64,000 nt of DNA, taken from contig JBEBRC010000001.1 in NCBI GenBank assembly GCA_040395055.1, positions 4,542 to 68,541 of the forward strand, written 5' to 3'. Each line of letters starts with the position of its first letter. The first letter of the stretch is position 1. This stretch comes from Steroidobacter denitrificans. Lineage in GTDB: Bacteria > Pseudomonadota > Gammaproteobacteria > Steroidobacterales > Steroidobacteraceae. The notes under the pieces were generated by a model. The model saw only the letters and a program-made list of their open reading frames with translations. It made no database searches and had not been told where the DNA came from. Positions 9,406 through 18,947 of this stretch are shown here, piece by piece. The translations under genes and the position numbers were made by a program.

Positions 9406-11028
9406 TCACAGCGATCCGGGAACAATCGGATTGAATGCGATCAATCCATCCAGGCTGCCGCCGGTCCCCAGCGCATTGCCAAAGCGGGCATTGAAGCTGC
9501 CCGCCTCCCCATGCAGCGCCATGTAGTTCAACAGCACGGTCTGCACCAGCAGATTCACATTGTTCGCAGCCGGGCTGCTCGAAGTCACGACGTCGCCGCC
9601 GGCGCTGTAATAGCCGAGCTGCTGATGGCGTGCCTCGGAGCCGCTGGTCAACAGCACAGGCCTGCCTCCCAGCGCCGGCGGGTTGTAGACCAGGAAGAAG
9701 GAAGCAGCGACCTGCTGGTTGTCGCCGGTCCATTCGCCCTTGCCCCTGCCGTCCTGCGAATCGTCGATACGGCCGTTGGACGACAAGGAGCCGTCGCTGA
9801 AGACATACAGCATCAGAGGCTTGCCGCGGCGAGCGGCAAATTCCAGGCAGGCCCCCATGCAGCGGCCGGCGCGCAGATCCCGCAGCTCACCCGTCGAGCG
9901 CTCGCCGGTGTGATAGTCGAATCCACCCATGCTGACCGTGCCCGCCCCGGCATAACCCTCGATTACCAGCTTCATCACCGCCGCCGTCTTTTCGAATTCC
10001 CGGTCGTTGCCGAAGTTCGGCCCGAACACGCCGCCGGCGCCGGTGATATCCGGATCGGCGGCGGGATTGATGGCGGCCGGACTACTGAACTTGTCGACGG
10101 TGTCGGCGGTCTTCACGTAGCCGCACTTGACCTGGGTCTTCAGTTCCGAGCCACTCGCCACCAGCGGATCGACCGCATCCAGCTTCTGTTCGGTGATGCG
10201 CGCCATCTGCTCCATGACCGCCACCGTCGAGGCCGTATCGGGCGATCCGTCCGGCTTGGTGAACAGGGTGCCGAGTGCACCGGTATCCACCAGCCCCGTC
10301 GCATCGCCGGTCCGGTCGACCTTGGTCGGCCGGTTCTCGGGCGTCATGAGCATCGCCGGCGCCATGGAATTGCCGCCGGATTCGGAGTTCTGCGAACCGA
10401 TGAGCGTCAGCAGCTCGCCGCGTGCGCCGGCGCGCGCGATCCCGTACATCGGATTATGGGGATTGTTCCCGGTGTCGTTCTCGGAGCGTGCCGCGATCAC
10501 CGCGCCATTGATGCCCGCGCGCGTGGCCGGGCTGGTCTTCTCGAGAATGCCGCGCAGGAAAGCGCTATCGGAATGAAACGCCAGGCCCAGCTGGGTATCG
10601 ATGAAATTCGTGGTCGCGTTGTTGGGCAGCATGTCGCCAGGCAGCCCCTGCTTCGAGTAGCCCTGGGTGGACAGGAAATCGAGCTGGCCTCCCGACTGCC
10701 CGACCAGCACATTCGAACCGCTCATGCTGGCGCCGCCTGCCAGATCGAAGCAGATGAAGGGAATCTTGCCCGCCCCCTGCTGAATGTTGCAGATCGCGGG
10801 CGAATCGGCCAGGTAGCGGATGTCGGGCGACAGGAATGATTCCTGGGCCCGGGCCGAGCGCGGGTTCAACAGCGCCGCCAGCATCCCCGGCGCGACCACC
10901 GTGGCGGCGCCGCTCAAGAATCCCTGGGCCAGGAAGTCGCGCCGTGATACGGGACGCTTGTGCGATCCGTGCTTGAGCGGTTCGTCGACATGTAGCCGAC
11001 GTTTCTTGCGGGACTTGATAATCAGCAT
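9406..11028 (-). CDS. Tat-exported DUF1501-like (alkaline-phosphatase-superfamily-like) protein of unknown function
   Basis: Twin-arginine signal (SRRDFLAQGFLSGAATVV...ARAQE). DUF1501-like motifs from memory (FDLAGGAS, GGFDYHTGE). ATG at 11028 is preceded by GAGG. Last gene of the minus operon. Confidence 0.7.
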   Translation of the reverse strand: MLIIKSRKKRRLHVDEPLKHGSHKRPVSRRDFLAQGFLSGAATVVAPGMLAALLNPRSARAQESFLSPDIRYLADSPAICNIQQGAGKIPFICFDLAGGASMSGSNVLVGQSGGQLDFLSTQGYSKQGLPGDMLPNNATTNFIDTQLGLAFHSDSAFLRGILEKTSPATRAGINGAVIAARSENDTGNNPHNPMYGIARAGARGELLTLIGSQNSESGGNSMAPAMLMTPENRPTKVDRTGDATGLVDTGALGTLFTKPDGSPDTASTVAVMEQMARITEQKLDAVDPLVASGSELKTQVKCGYVKTADTVDKFSSPAAINPAADPDITGAGGVFGPNFGNDREFEKTAAVMKLVIEGYAGAGTVSMGGFDYHTGERSTGELRDLRAGRCMGACLEFAARRGKPLMLYVFSDGSLSSNGRIDDSQDGRGKGEWTGDNQQVAASFFLVYNPPALGGRPVLLTSGSEARHQQLGYYSAGGDVVTSSSPAANNVNLLVQTVLLNYMALHGEAGSFNARFGNALGTGGSLDGLIAFNPIVPGSL

Positions 11029-11078
11029 GACTGCCTCGTCGACGAACAACCGGCGAACCATGACGCTTTCATGGTTCG

Positions 11079-13613
11079 CTACCGAATGAGAACCGCGCCG
11101 CTACCCAGCACGGCGCCGCAAGTGGCCTTGGCCACCAGCCGGGTACGGTCCGCGGAGCAGCTGCCGCCGCAATTGGCAAGCTGTCCGACCAGTGCATACA
11201 AGCCCGGGCGCGCCGGCTCGCCGGCCGGCGCCGTCCCCCCCTTCAAGCTGGTACCGAGCGGCTGCGTGGCAAGTCCGGTACCGATCATTCTTTCTATAAG
11301 CGGGTCGATCAGCAGATCCTTGCCAGCGTCCGAGGCAAAGACCGTGCTTGCCGCCCCGCCCAGATCCAGGCCCGGGAAATAGCTGGACGCAGCAGGCGAC
11401 TCGATCAGCGCATCGCAATATTGGATCGCAAGCTGCGCGATGGCGGTCTGATGGGATGAAAGGAACGCCTCGATGCCGTGCGTGGCCGGCAACGATTGCC
11501 GCACGTTCGAGAACACCGCTTTCACCGCGGCGGTGTTCGGATCGACCCCCGTCACCGCCGCCATCGTGGCGTTGATGCCATCGAAGGTGCGTACGCCGAT
11601 GTCTGGCGGACGCGGCACATCGGCAACGCTCGACGAGCCTACGCTGGCATAGTTCGAGCAAACGCCGGAACTGGCGCCGAGCTGATCGAAGCACAGGAAG
11701 AATTCGTCCTCATCCGCTCCGCGCTCCACCGCGATGATGGTGCCGATGCTCGACAGCGCCTGGCCACCCGCAGCCGAATAACCGGCATCGCTGATCACCG
11801 TATCGAGCAAGCGATAGGCCTGTCCGACGTGCGGCTCGACGCCATTGACGCCAATGCGCATGCCGCGCAGAACGATGCTTCCCGGCGTCGCCGCCGGATC
11901 CAGGCTGATGAATTTCGGATTGTTGAACAAATATCCGTAGCTGTCGTACTGCGAGACTTCGAACAGGATGTACGAGCGCGGCATGTTCACCAGATGTTCG
12001 ACGCCGAACAGCAGGAAGAACTTTTCGCCGACCCCGGCCTCGAAGTTCTGCTGGATCTGCTGCAGGGTCAACGCACGGTTGTGAACCGCCACCATCCTGA
12101 TCACACCCGTCCACTGGCGATCGTTGCTGACCTCGTTGCCGAGCACGAACGCGAAACTGTTGTCCCAGTCCCCGAGGGTGCCTCCGCCTGCGCTGTCGAG
12201 ATCGCCCGTGAACTCTCCATTGACATGGATGCGCCGGCCGTTCACCGGATCGAACGTCACGACCACATGCTGCAGGGAAGCCTGCAGACGCTGGTCGGCA
12301 TCGGGGGTCGAGAGCCGAGGCAGCCCGTTGGCGTCGGTCGCGGTACTGCGCCCGAGGAAATCGTAGCTGTAGAGAGTCTGGCCCAGGGTAAAGTTCCTGG
12401 CGGTGGCGCTGCCGGAATAGCTCACGATCCGCGTATCTTCCTGGGTCACGTTGCCTGGCGTGACCCAGGCTTCTATCGAGTATTCACCGGTGGCGGTGAT
12501 CAGCTGATGAAATTTACGGCTCGCCGTCGTCGATGCCTGTGCTTTGCCGGTACGCACGTTGATGCCCCAACCCCCGACCCACGACACGTCGCCCGATAGC
12601 GTCAGGTCGGCGGCCGGGTCCTGCCCGCTGGTATCGTACGCCGTGGCGCCCACACCGCTCTTGAACTCGTACAGTGCGATAAGATTGTTTTCATAGCGAT
12701 TGCCGCCGCTGGCGACGGTGCCGTCACGCAAGGTCAAGGCCTTGCTGACAACCATGCCGGGATCGATCTGTGTGGTATCGATGGCATCCGACATCGCCTG
12801 GATGGCCGCCCGCATGGCTGCCGCATCCTGCTTGCAGTCCGCGCTCCAGCAGTTGTGCGATTCGCGCTCCAGGCGAATCACCAGTCGCGAATCGGCGGGC
12901 TGGTCGAGATTGATTTTCGGAATCGCGGCGTTGTACGCCTCGGCATGCACTGCCAGCGATGGATTGAACGGACGCTCGCCGGCGGCGAAATAAGGTGACT
13001 GGGGCGTTGCGGCGTTGGATTGATGGCAGTCGGAACAGAACCGGTCCAACAGATCGTACACCGCTGCGAACTCCGCCGGCGGCGTCGCGGGGAAACGCTT
13101 GCTCGCACCCGGATCGAGCGCAATCGGCGCCTCCAGTTCGATCTGCCGTCCACCGCTCGCGCTCTCGCCCACCCAGTCCTGGATCCAGCGCGCCAGGATG
13201 CTGGCACAGGCACCGGCGTCCGCCAGCCAGCAGTTATGGCCGCCACCAACCTTGGTGACCATGAGCGACTGCCCGGGAAAGTCGCGATCCACGGTCGCGG
13301 CGGCTTGCTGGTAGGCCGCGTTCACATCATCGGAGCGCGCAAACTGCGGTGCCTGGCCGCCCGCCCCATGGCAGTTGCCGCAACGATTGCCGCCGCGCAC
13401 GTTCTCCCAGAAATTGACCCGGAAGGACTGGATGTCGGCCGGCGCCGGCGACGGCGCCCCCGAAACACGACCCCCCCCAGGTCCGGTTGTAACCGGATTG
13501 GTCTCGGTCGAGGCGCCGCCCCCCCCACCCGCCCATGCGATGACGCCAAACAAGGCCAGCACCGCAAGGCCTGCGACACTGCCGCGAGTGGGGTGTTTGG
13601 GAATGCGCATCAT
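11079..13613 (-). CDS. Large exported protein with two N-terminal CxxCH...HNCW modules, a central LamG/concanavalin-like domain and a C-terminal domain of unknown function
   Basis: N-terminal hydrophobic signal or anchor. CGNCH is encoded at 13368-13382 and CSDCH at 13023-13037. LamG-like stretch (LYEFKSG...EYSIEAWV...FVLGNE...WTGVIRMVAVHNRALT). ATG-ATG at 13613/13610 with AAGGAAG upstream. Confidence 0.75.
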   Translation of the reverse strand: MMRIPKHPTRGSVAGLAVLALFGVIAWAGGGGGASTETNPVTTGPGGGRVSGAPSPAPADIQSFRVNFWENVRGGNRCGNCHGAGGQAPQFARSDDVNAAYQQAAATVDRDFPGQSLMVTKVGGGHNCWLADAGACASILARWIQDWVGESASGGRQIELEAPIALDPGASKRFPATPPAEFAAVYDLLDRFCSDCHQSNAATPQSPYFAAGERPFNPSLAVHAEAYNAAIPKINLDQPADSRLVIRLERESHNCWSADCKQDAAAMRAAIQAMSDAIDTTQIDPGMVVSKALTLRDGTVASGGNRYENNLIALYEFKSGVGATAYDTSGQDPAADLTLSGDVSWVGGWGINVRTGKAQASTTASRKFHQLITATGEYSIEAWVTPGNVTQEDTRIVSYSGSATARNFTLGQTLYSYDFLGRSTATDANGLPRLSTPDADQRLQASLQHVVVTFDPVNGRRIHVNGEFTGDLDSAGGGTLGDWDNSFAFVLGNEVSNDRQWTGVIRMVAVHNRALTLQQIQQNFEAGVGEKFFLLFGVEHLVNMPRSYILFEVSQYDSYGYLFNNPKFISLDPAATPGSIVLRGMRIGVNGVEPHVGQAYRLLDTVISDAGYSAAGGQALSSIGTIIAVERGADEDEFFLCFDQLGASSGVCSNYASVGSSSVADVPRPPDIGVRTFDGINATMAAVTGVDPNTAAVKAVFSNVRQSLPATHGIEAFLSSHQTAIAQLAIQYCDALIESPAASSYFPGLDLGGAASTVFASDAGKDLLIDPLIERMIGTGLATQPLGTSLKGGTAPAGEPARPGLYALVGQLANCGGSCSADRTRLVAKATCGAVLGSGAVLIR

Positions 13614-13626
13614 GCTCGAAGCTTCC

Positions 13627-14946
13627 TTAATTGCCGGCGCAGTACGCCGCGGTCTCGGCAAAGACGTGCTTCAGGTTGCCCGTGCCTTTGAAGGTCGCGG
13701 TGCTGTTGCCGACCTGAAGACGATCCTGATCGTCGCTCGGGGAACGAAAGCAGATCGTACGAAATACCTTCTCTACCTGGCATTGGGCAAACGCGTCGCT
13801 ATGGGACAGCTCCTCACCCAACGACTTCGCTCCATTGCCGTGACCGGGGCCCGCCGCCCAGCCCAGCGACGTATTGCGCCCCGGCAAGCGCCAGTAGTTG
13901 TCCCAACGATCATCCGGCGTCACGAAGCCGGGTTTGAAGTTGTCGGAGTTGATCAGGTATTTCGGTTGTACTTGTCCCGCGGTGTAGACCAGCCGGCCCT
14001 GCTCCGGATCAGCGTCGTACTGGAAGGTGTAGTAGGCGAAGGCCTGGGTCATCGGGTCCATGCCGGTATGGCAGCCGACGCAATTATTGTTGAAGACGCT
14101 GCTGTCGCCCCCCGGGCTGCGCGTTACGTCCTGGCGGATGCGATCCGGCGGCAGCGAAGGATCGTGCACCTGCTCCAGGTCCCGGCACAGATGATTGAGC
14201 AACGTAAAGCGAAACATCGCGCGGTTCGTACCGTCGATGAAGAAGGCCCGGGCCGCGGCGCGGGAGGTAATGACGCCGGCGGTCGCGCTCGAGGGCAAGC
14301 CGTTGAGCGAAGACTGGGCCGTGGAGGTGAGCACCAGGCGCAGGTCCGCGTTATCGCTTTCCAGCGCTTCGTAATGCGCGTTGCTGGTCGGTGAATAGGC
14401 CGGCGAGACACCGCTGCCGACATATACGATGTCGTCCACGAGAATGCTGCGGAAATCCACCTCGTCGCGCACGACCCCGATGACGGTCGCGGTGTAGTCG
14501 TTGAGCGGCGCGAAGACGGCCTGGTCGCGATTCGTCCAGGGGGTCGCGAAATTCTTCAAGGTAACGTTGTAGAAGTTCTTCGAACGCTCGCTGCCCGGAT
14601 CCATGATGTACAGCGCCGCGCCGACCGGATCGCTCTGCACCCTGGTTGCCAGGTCGGTGAGCAAGGCGGGAGAGGGCGAGGTGCCGGTCAGCCGGTCGTA
14701 CATGCGTTTCGCGCGCTCGCGCGGCCCGGCGGCCGCTGGCTGCAGTCCGGCGGCGAAAGCCGCGAGCGCAAGGACCACCACCATGGCGATCCTCGAGGAG
14801 GGGCGTCGCGTCCTGCCGCGCCACGCGGGCCGGTCGTGCGCGGCTGCGGCCTTGTCGCTCATCGGCGCCCGCTGCGCGCTGCCATCGGCCAGGCGCGCGC
14901 GCGCGCCGGCGCACGATGTCTTCCGTATATCGTTCATGCTACCCAT
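13627..14946 (-). CDS. Exported DUF1588/PSD-like protein with one CxxCH motif
   Basis: Signal peptide (RIAMVVVLALAAFAAGLQPAAAG). CVGCH is encoded at 14068-14082, followed by ...GMDPM, which resembles the C..CH..DP motif of Planctomycete-type PSD/DUF1588 domains (from memory). Start uncertain: 14946 has an AGGGGA SD; alternatives are 14937 and 14862. Confidence 0.65.
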   Translation of the reverse strand: MGSMNDIRKTSCAGARARLADGSAQRAPMSDKAAAAHDRPAWRGRTRRPSSRIAMVVVLALAAFAAGLQPAAAGPRERAKRMYDRLTGTSPSPALLTDLATRVQSDPVGAALYIMDPGSERSKNFYNVTLKNFATPWTNRDQAVFAPLNDYTATVIGVVRDEVDFRSILVDDIVYVGSGVSPAYSPTSNAHYEALESDNADLRLVLTSTAQSSLNGLPSSATAGVITSRAAARAFFIDGTNRAMFRFTLLNHLCRDLEQVHDPSLPPDRIRQDVTRSPGGDSSVFNNNCVGCHTGMDPMTQAFAYYTFQYDADPEQGRLVYTAGQVQPKYLINSDNFKPGFVTPDDRWDNYWRLPGRNTSLGWAAGPGHGNGAKSLGEELSHSDAFAQCQVEKVFRTICFRSPSDDQDRLQVGNSTATFKGTGNLKHVFAETAAYCAGN

Positions 14947-15480
14947 GCCGGAATCCCCTGCGGACCCGTTGATCGGCCCTTGATCGGTCACGTCTGTGCG
15001 GCGGCGTGCGCGCATCCGGCCCGCCATCCCACTACAGTGCGAACGACTATACGATTCGCAGGATGTAGCAGTAATCTGTCTCAATCGTCAGACGTCGCCT
15101 GCAAGAGACAGTACCGGCCCCAACCCACGCGCGTGTAGTCTCGCCGCCAGCCGACATCCTCGGCGTGCGGCCAATCGATGCCATCCCATTCAACTTCGAA
15201 GGCAATGCGAGGAATGTGATCGACGTCACGCAATCGAGCGCTGCGAGGTGCCGCAACAGGAGCAATCGGCAAATTCGTGCGCTCGTCGCTGGCTTGCCGG
15301 ATCATGGAATATGCTTCATCGGCAAGCATGCCTCGGCATGACAGGTGCGCAGGCCGAAGACTTTGGGGAACACGCTGCATGGGGCATGAGGTCGAAACAA
15401 TCGTGGGTTGCGCGCATCAGGCCGCTGGCCGCGTCGGCGTAAGGCCCCTTGCCCGCCTGCGTGCCGGGGCAGGCAAGGCC

Positions 15481-18207
15481 ATGGCAGGCGCCGTGGTGAT
15501 GGCCATGCTCGGCGCCTGCAGCAGCGGCAGCGGTGGCACGGACGTGACGATCGGCAGCGGTCAGAACGCCGACCCGGTGACGCTCGATTTCCCCGTGTTC
15601 TACGTCAAGCGGCCAGTACCGGATTCGCAAGACAATGCCGCCCAGGCGGATGCTCGCCGGCTACGCCGCTTCGACATCGGCGCCGACCTGTTCATGCGCG
15701 ATCGCGCCTCGATCTCCGCGGCCGAGATCAACCTGACGGCCGGGCACACGCAAGGCCTGGGCGATGTGCGCGATGTCGAGGTGAGCTTCGATGGCGCCAA
15801 GGTGGTCTTTTCGATGCGCGCGCAGTTCATCGAAAACGCCGCCGAGGAACAGCAGCCGACGTGGAATATCTGGGAGTACGACACCGCCACCAGCAGCCTG
15901 CGCCGCGTCATCCAGTCGGACACGGTTGCACAAGAGGGGCATGACATCATGCCCCACTACCTGCCCGACGGCAGAATAGTATTCTCCTCCACACGCCAGC
16001 GGCAATCACGCGCCATCCTGCTGGATGAAAGCAAGCCGCAGTTCGCCGCCCAGGACGAGGACGATCGTGAGCCCGCGTTCGTGCTGCACGTCATGGAGGC
16101 CGATGGCACCAACATTCACCAGGTGTCCTTCAACCAGAGTCACGACCTGGATCCTGCGATCCTGCCGGACGGCAGGATCGTCTTCACACGCTGGGAGCAT
16201 CATAGCGACGACAGCCAGTTCGACCTGTACAGCATGAACCCGGACGGGACCGCTCTGGAACTGTTGTACGGTGCGAACAGCCATGAGACCGGCACGCCCG
16301 ACCCTGCCACCGGGCGACCCGCCACCATTCAGTTCCTGAATGCTCGAACGATGCCGGATGGACGCACGCTGGCGCTGATCCGACCGTTCCAAGGCACCGG
16401 CGAAGGGGGCGACCTGGTGCTGATCGACACCGACAACTACGTCGACGACACCCAGCCGCTCGCAGCCAGCGAGGGGATGAGCGGACCGGCGCAAGTGCGC
16501 GCGCTGCCGACCGACGTGCGCACCATCGCCGGTCCATCACCCGGCGGGCGATATCGCTCCGCCGCCGCATTGTTCGATGGTACGGATCGCCTGCTCGTGA
16601 GTTGGTCGCAATGCCGCCTGGTGGACGCCACGCGCATCGTGCCCTGCACCAGCGAACGACTGGCCGACCCGGATGCCGTCGAAGCCCCGCCGCTGTATGG
16701 CTTGTATATCTATGATCTGCGCGACAACACGCAGCAGCCTATCGTCGTGCCGCAGGAAGGCTTCATCTACACCGAGGTCGTTTCCGGCTCCTCGCGCCCG
16801 CTGCCGCCGGTCATCCTGGATCGCGTCCCGGGCGTCGATTTTGCCGATGATCTGCTGGCGCAAAGTGTCGGCGTCCTGCACATCCGCAGCGTGTACGACA
16901 TGGACGGCGTCGACCAGGCACCCGGCGGCATCGCCGCCGTGCGCGATCCCGGCAATGCCGCCTATGCCACGCGGCCGGCGCGTTTCCTGCGCATCGAGAA
17001 GGCCGTCTCCCAACCGGATGACGCGACGCGTGATGTGCCGGGCACGGCGTTCGGCCCGCAGCGCTCGCTGGGCATGCGCGAAATCCTCGGCTACGCGCCG
17101 ATCGAGCCGGACGGATCGGTCAAGGTCAAGATCCCCGCCAACGTAGCCTTCGGCATCAGCGTGCTGGACGCCAGCGGGCGGCGCCTGCCGGCGCCGCTGG
17201 GCAATCGGCACACCAACTGGCTGCAGGTATTGCCCGGCGAAGTGCTGGAATGCAATGGCTGTCACAATCCGAACAGCGATCCGCCGCGCGCTCACGGCCG
17301 GCGCGGCCTGAGCGCTTCGGTCAACGAGGGCGCACCGACCACCGGCAGCGCCTTCCCGAACACCAACGCCGCCCTGTTCGCCGATATGGGTGAAACCATG
17401 GCGCAAGTACGCAATCGCATCATGTGCGCCGGCACCATCGCCTGCGAACCAAGCGTCGACGTTGCCTTCCAGGACTACTGGCCGGCGGCGCCGATTGCGC
17501 CCGCAGCAGCGGTGGATCTTTGCTATGCCCGCGGGATCTCGACGGTGCAGAGCGACCCGGCCGATCCGACGGCGCGCGTCGCATGCGAGAACGCACTGAG
17601 CACGCCGCTGCCGACTCCTGCCGGCTGCCTGGCGCAATGGCACAGCGGTTGTCGTATCACGATCCATTACGAGCAGCACATTCATCCCTTGTGGAGCAAG
17701 GAGCGCACGGTCGATGCCGACCTCGACGGCATCCCGGACCTGGACCCGGACAACGCCGCGCTGGTGATCAACCACCGCTGCAACGGCTGCCACCTGCCCG
17801 CGAATGCGATGGGCGCCCTCGATGTGCCGGCGGGCGATCTGGACCTGAGCGATGGCCCCTCCGAGGAGGAGCCGGATCGGTTCCGGGCCTATCGCGAGCT
17901 GCTGTTCGCCGACCGCGGCCAGATCCTGGATGCGAACGGCCAGCTGGCTGACGAGTGCCTGCAGATCGAGATCGATCCGGTCACGAATGTCGAGACCTGC
18001 ATCGCGTACCGCAATGTGCCCGCCTCGATGAGCGCCGCGGGCGCCCGCGCCTCTGCCCGGTTCTTCGACACCCTGGAAGGACGCCGGGTGGGCAGGGTCG
18101 ACCATAGCGACTTTATGTCGCCGAGTGAGTTACGCTTGCTCTCCGAATGGCTGGATATCGGCGCGCAGTACTACAACGATCCGTTCGCGGCAGCCCCGGA
18201 GAATTGA
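15481..18207 (+). CDS. Lipoprotein with a TolB/PD40-like beta-propeller and two CxxCH motifs (HzsA-related-like)
   Basis: Lipobox MAMLGAC. Repeated propeller signatures (HYLPDGRIVFSSTRQ, ILPDGRIVFTRWEH, MNPDGTALELLYG). CNGCH is encoded at 17251-17265 and again at 17779-17793. The start could be 15379. Confidence 0.75.
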   Translation: MAGAVVMAMLGACSSGSGGTDVTIGSGQNADPVTLDFPVFYVKRPVPDSQDNAAQADARRLRRFDIGADLFMRDRASISAAEINLTAGHTQGLGDVRDVEVSFDGAKVVFSMRAQFIENAAEEQQPTWNIWEYDTATSSLRRVIQSDTVAQEGHDIMPHYLPDGRIVFSSTRQRQSRAILLDESKPQFAAQDEDDREPAFVLHVMEADGTNIHQVSFNQSHDLDPAILPDGRIVFTRWEHHSDDSQFDLYSMNPDGTALELLYGANSHETGTPDPATGRPATIQFLNARTMPDGRTLALIRPFQGTGEGGDLVLIDTDNYVDDTQPLAASEGMSGPAQVRALPTDVRTIAGPSPGGRYRSAAALFDGTDRLLVSWSQCRLVDATRIVPCTSERLADPDAVEAPPLYGLYIYDLRDNTQQPIVVPQEGFIYTEVVSGSSRPLPPVILDRVPGVDFADDLLAQSVGVLHIRSVYDMDGVDQAPGGIAAVRDPGNAAYATRPARFLRIEKAVSQPDDATRDVPGTAFGPQRSLGMREILGYAPIEPDGSVKVKIPANVAFGISVLDASGRRLPAPLGNRHTNWLQVLPGEVLECNGCHNPNSDPPRAHGRRGLSASVNEGAPTTGSAFPNTNAALFADMGETMAQVRNRIMCAGTIACEPSVDVAFQDYWPAAPIAPAAAVDLCYARGISTVQSDPADPTARVACENALSTPLPTPAGCLAQWHSGCRITIHYEQHIHPLWSKERTVDADLDGIPDLDPDNAALVINHRCNGCHLPANAMGALDVPAGDLDLSDGPSEEEPDRFRAYRELLFADRGQILDANGQLADECLQIEIDPVTNVETCIAYRNVPASMSAAGARASARFFDTLEGRRVGRVDHSDFMSPSELRLLSEWLDIGAQYYNDPFAAAPEN

Positions 18208-18947
18208 TGTCCCGTCTGATTTCGCTGCTGGGCCTGCTGGCTTGCTTTTGGACGCTGGCGGCACAGGCTGACGACCCCCTCAGGATTCTGATCGCCGACC
18301 CGTTCATCGAACTGCATACCGGACCGGGACGCGGCTACCCGATATTCCATGTCGTCGAGCGCGGCCGGGAAGTCACGCTTCTGAAGCGGCGCACCGACTG
18401 GTTCCAGGTGCGCACGGACCGGGGCATCGAGGGCTGGGTCCCGCGGGCACAGATGATCGCGACCCTCGAGCCGACCGGCGAACCCCTGGACCTGGAGGAA
18501 CCCGCGCGCGAGAATTACATGAGCCGCCGCTGGCAGGCAGGGATCATGGCCGGCGACTTCGCCGGCGCCAGCCTGATCTCGGCTTTCGGCGGTTATTCGT
18601 TCAGCGACAACTTGTCGATCGAGCTGGCGTTCAACCATATCCTGGGCGAATTCTCCAACGGCTACAGCGCAACCATCGGCCTCATGCACGTGTTCGTGCC
18701 CGAGTGGCGCCTGTCGCCCTACTTCACGCTGGGCACAGGCATCATACACATCGAGCCCAAATCGACGTTGGTACGCGCCGTCGACCGTGACGACCAGATC
18801 GGCTATGTCGGCGGTGGGCTGCAGTTCTATCTCACGCGGCGTTTCATGCTGCGCACGGAATACCGCAACAACGTCATTTTCACCAGCCGCGACGACAACG
18901 AGGAAGTGGACGAATGGAAGTATCTCGGGTTCGCCTTCTTTTTCTGA
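18207..18947 (+). CDS. Bacterial SH3 domain fused to a small outer-membrane beta-barrel
   Basis: ATG at 18207 overlaps the upstream TGA (TGATG). Signal peptide (LLGLLACFWTLAAQADD). SH3-like region (GREVTLLKRRTDWFQVRTDRGIEGWVPRAQM). C-terminus ...WKYLGFAFFF. Confidence 0.75.
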   Translation: MSRLISLLGLLACFWTLAAQADDPLRILIADPFIELHTGPGRGYPIFHVVERGREVTLLKRRTDWFQVRTDRGIEGWVPRAQMIATLEPTGEPLDLEEPARENYMSRRWQAGIMAGDFAGASLISAFGGYSFSDNLSIELAFNHILGEFSNGYSATIGLMHVFVPEWRLSPYFTLGTGIIHIEPKSTLVRAVDRDDQIGYVGGGLQFYLTRRFMLRTEYRNNVIFTSRDDNEEVDEWKYLGFAFFF

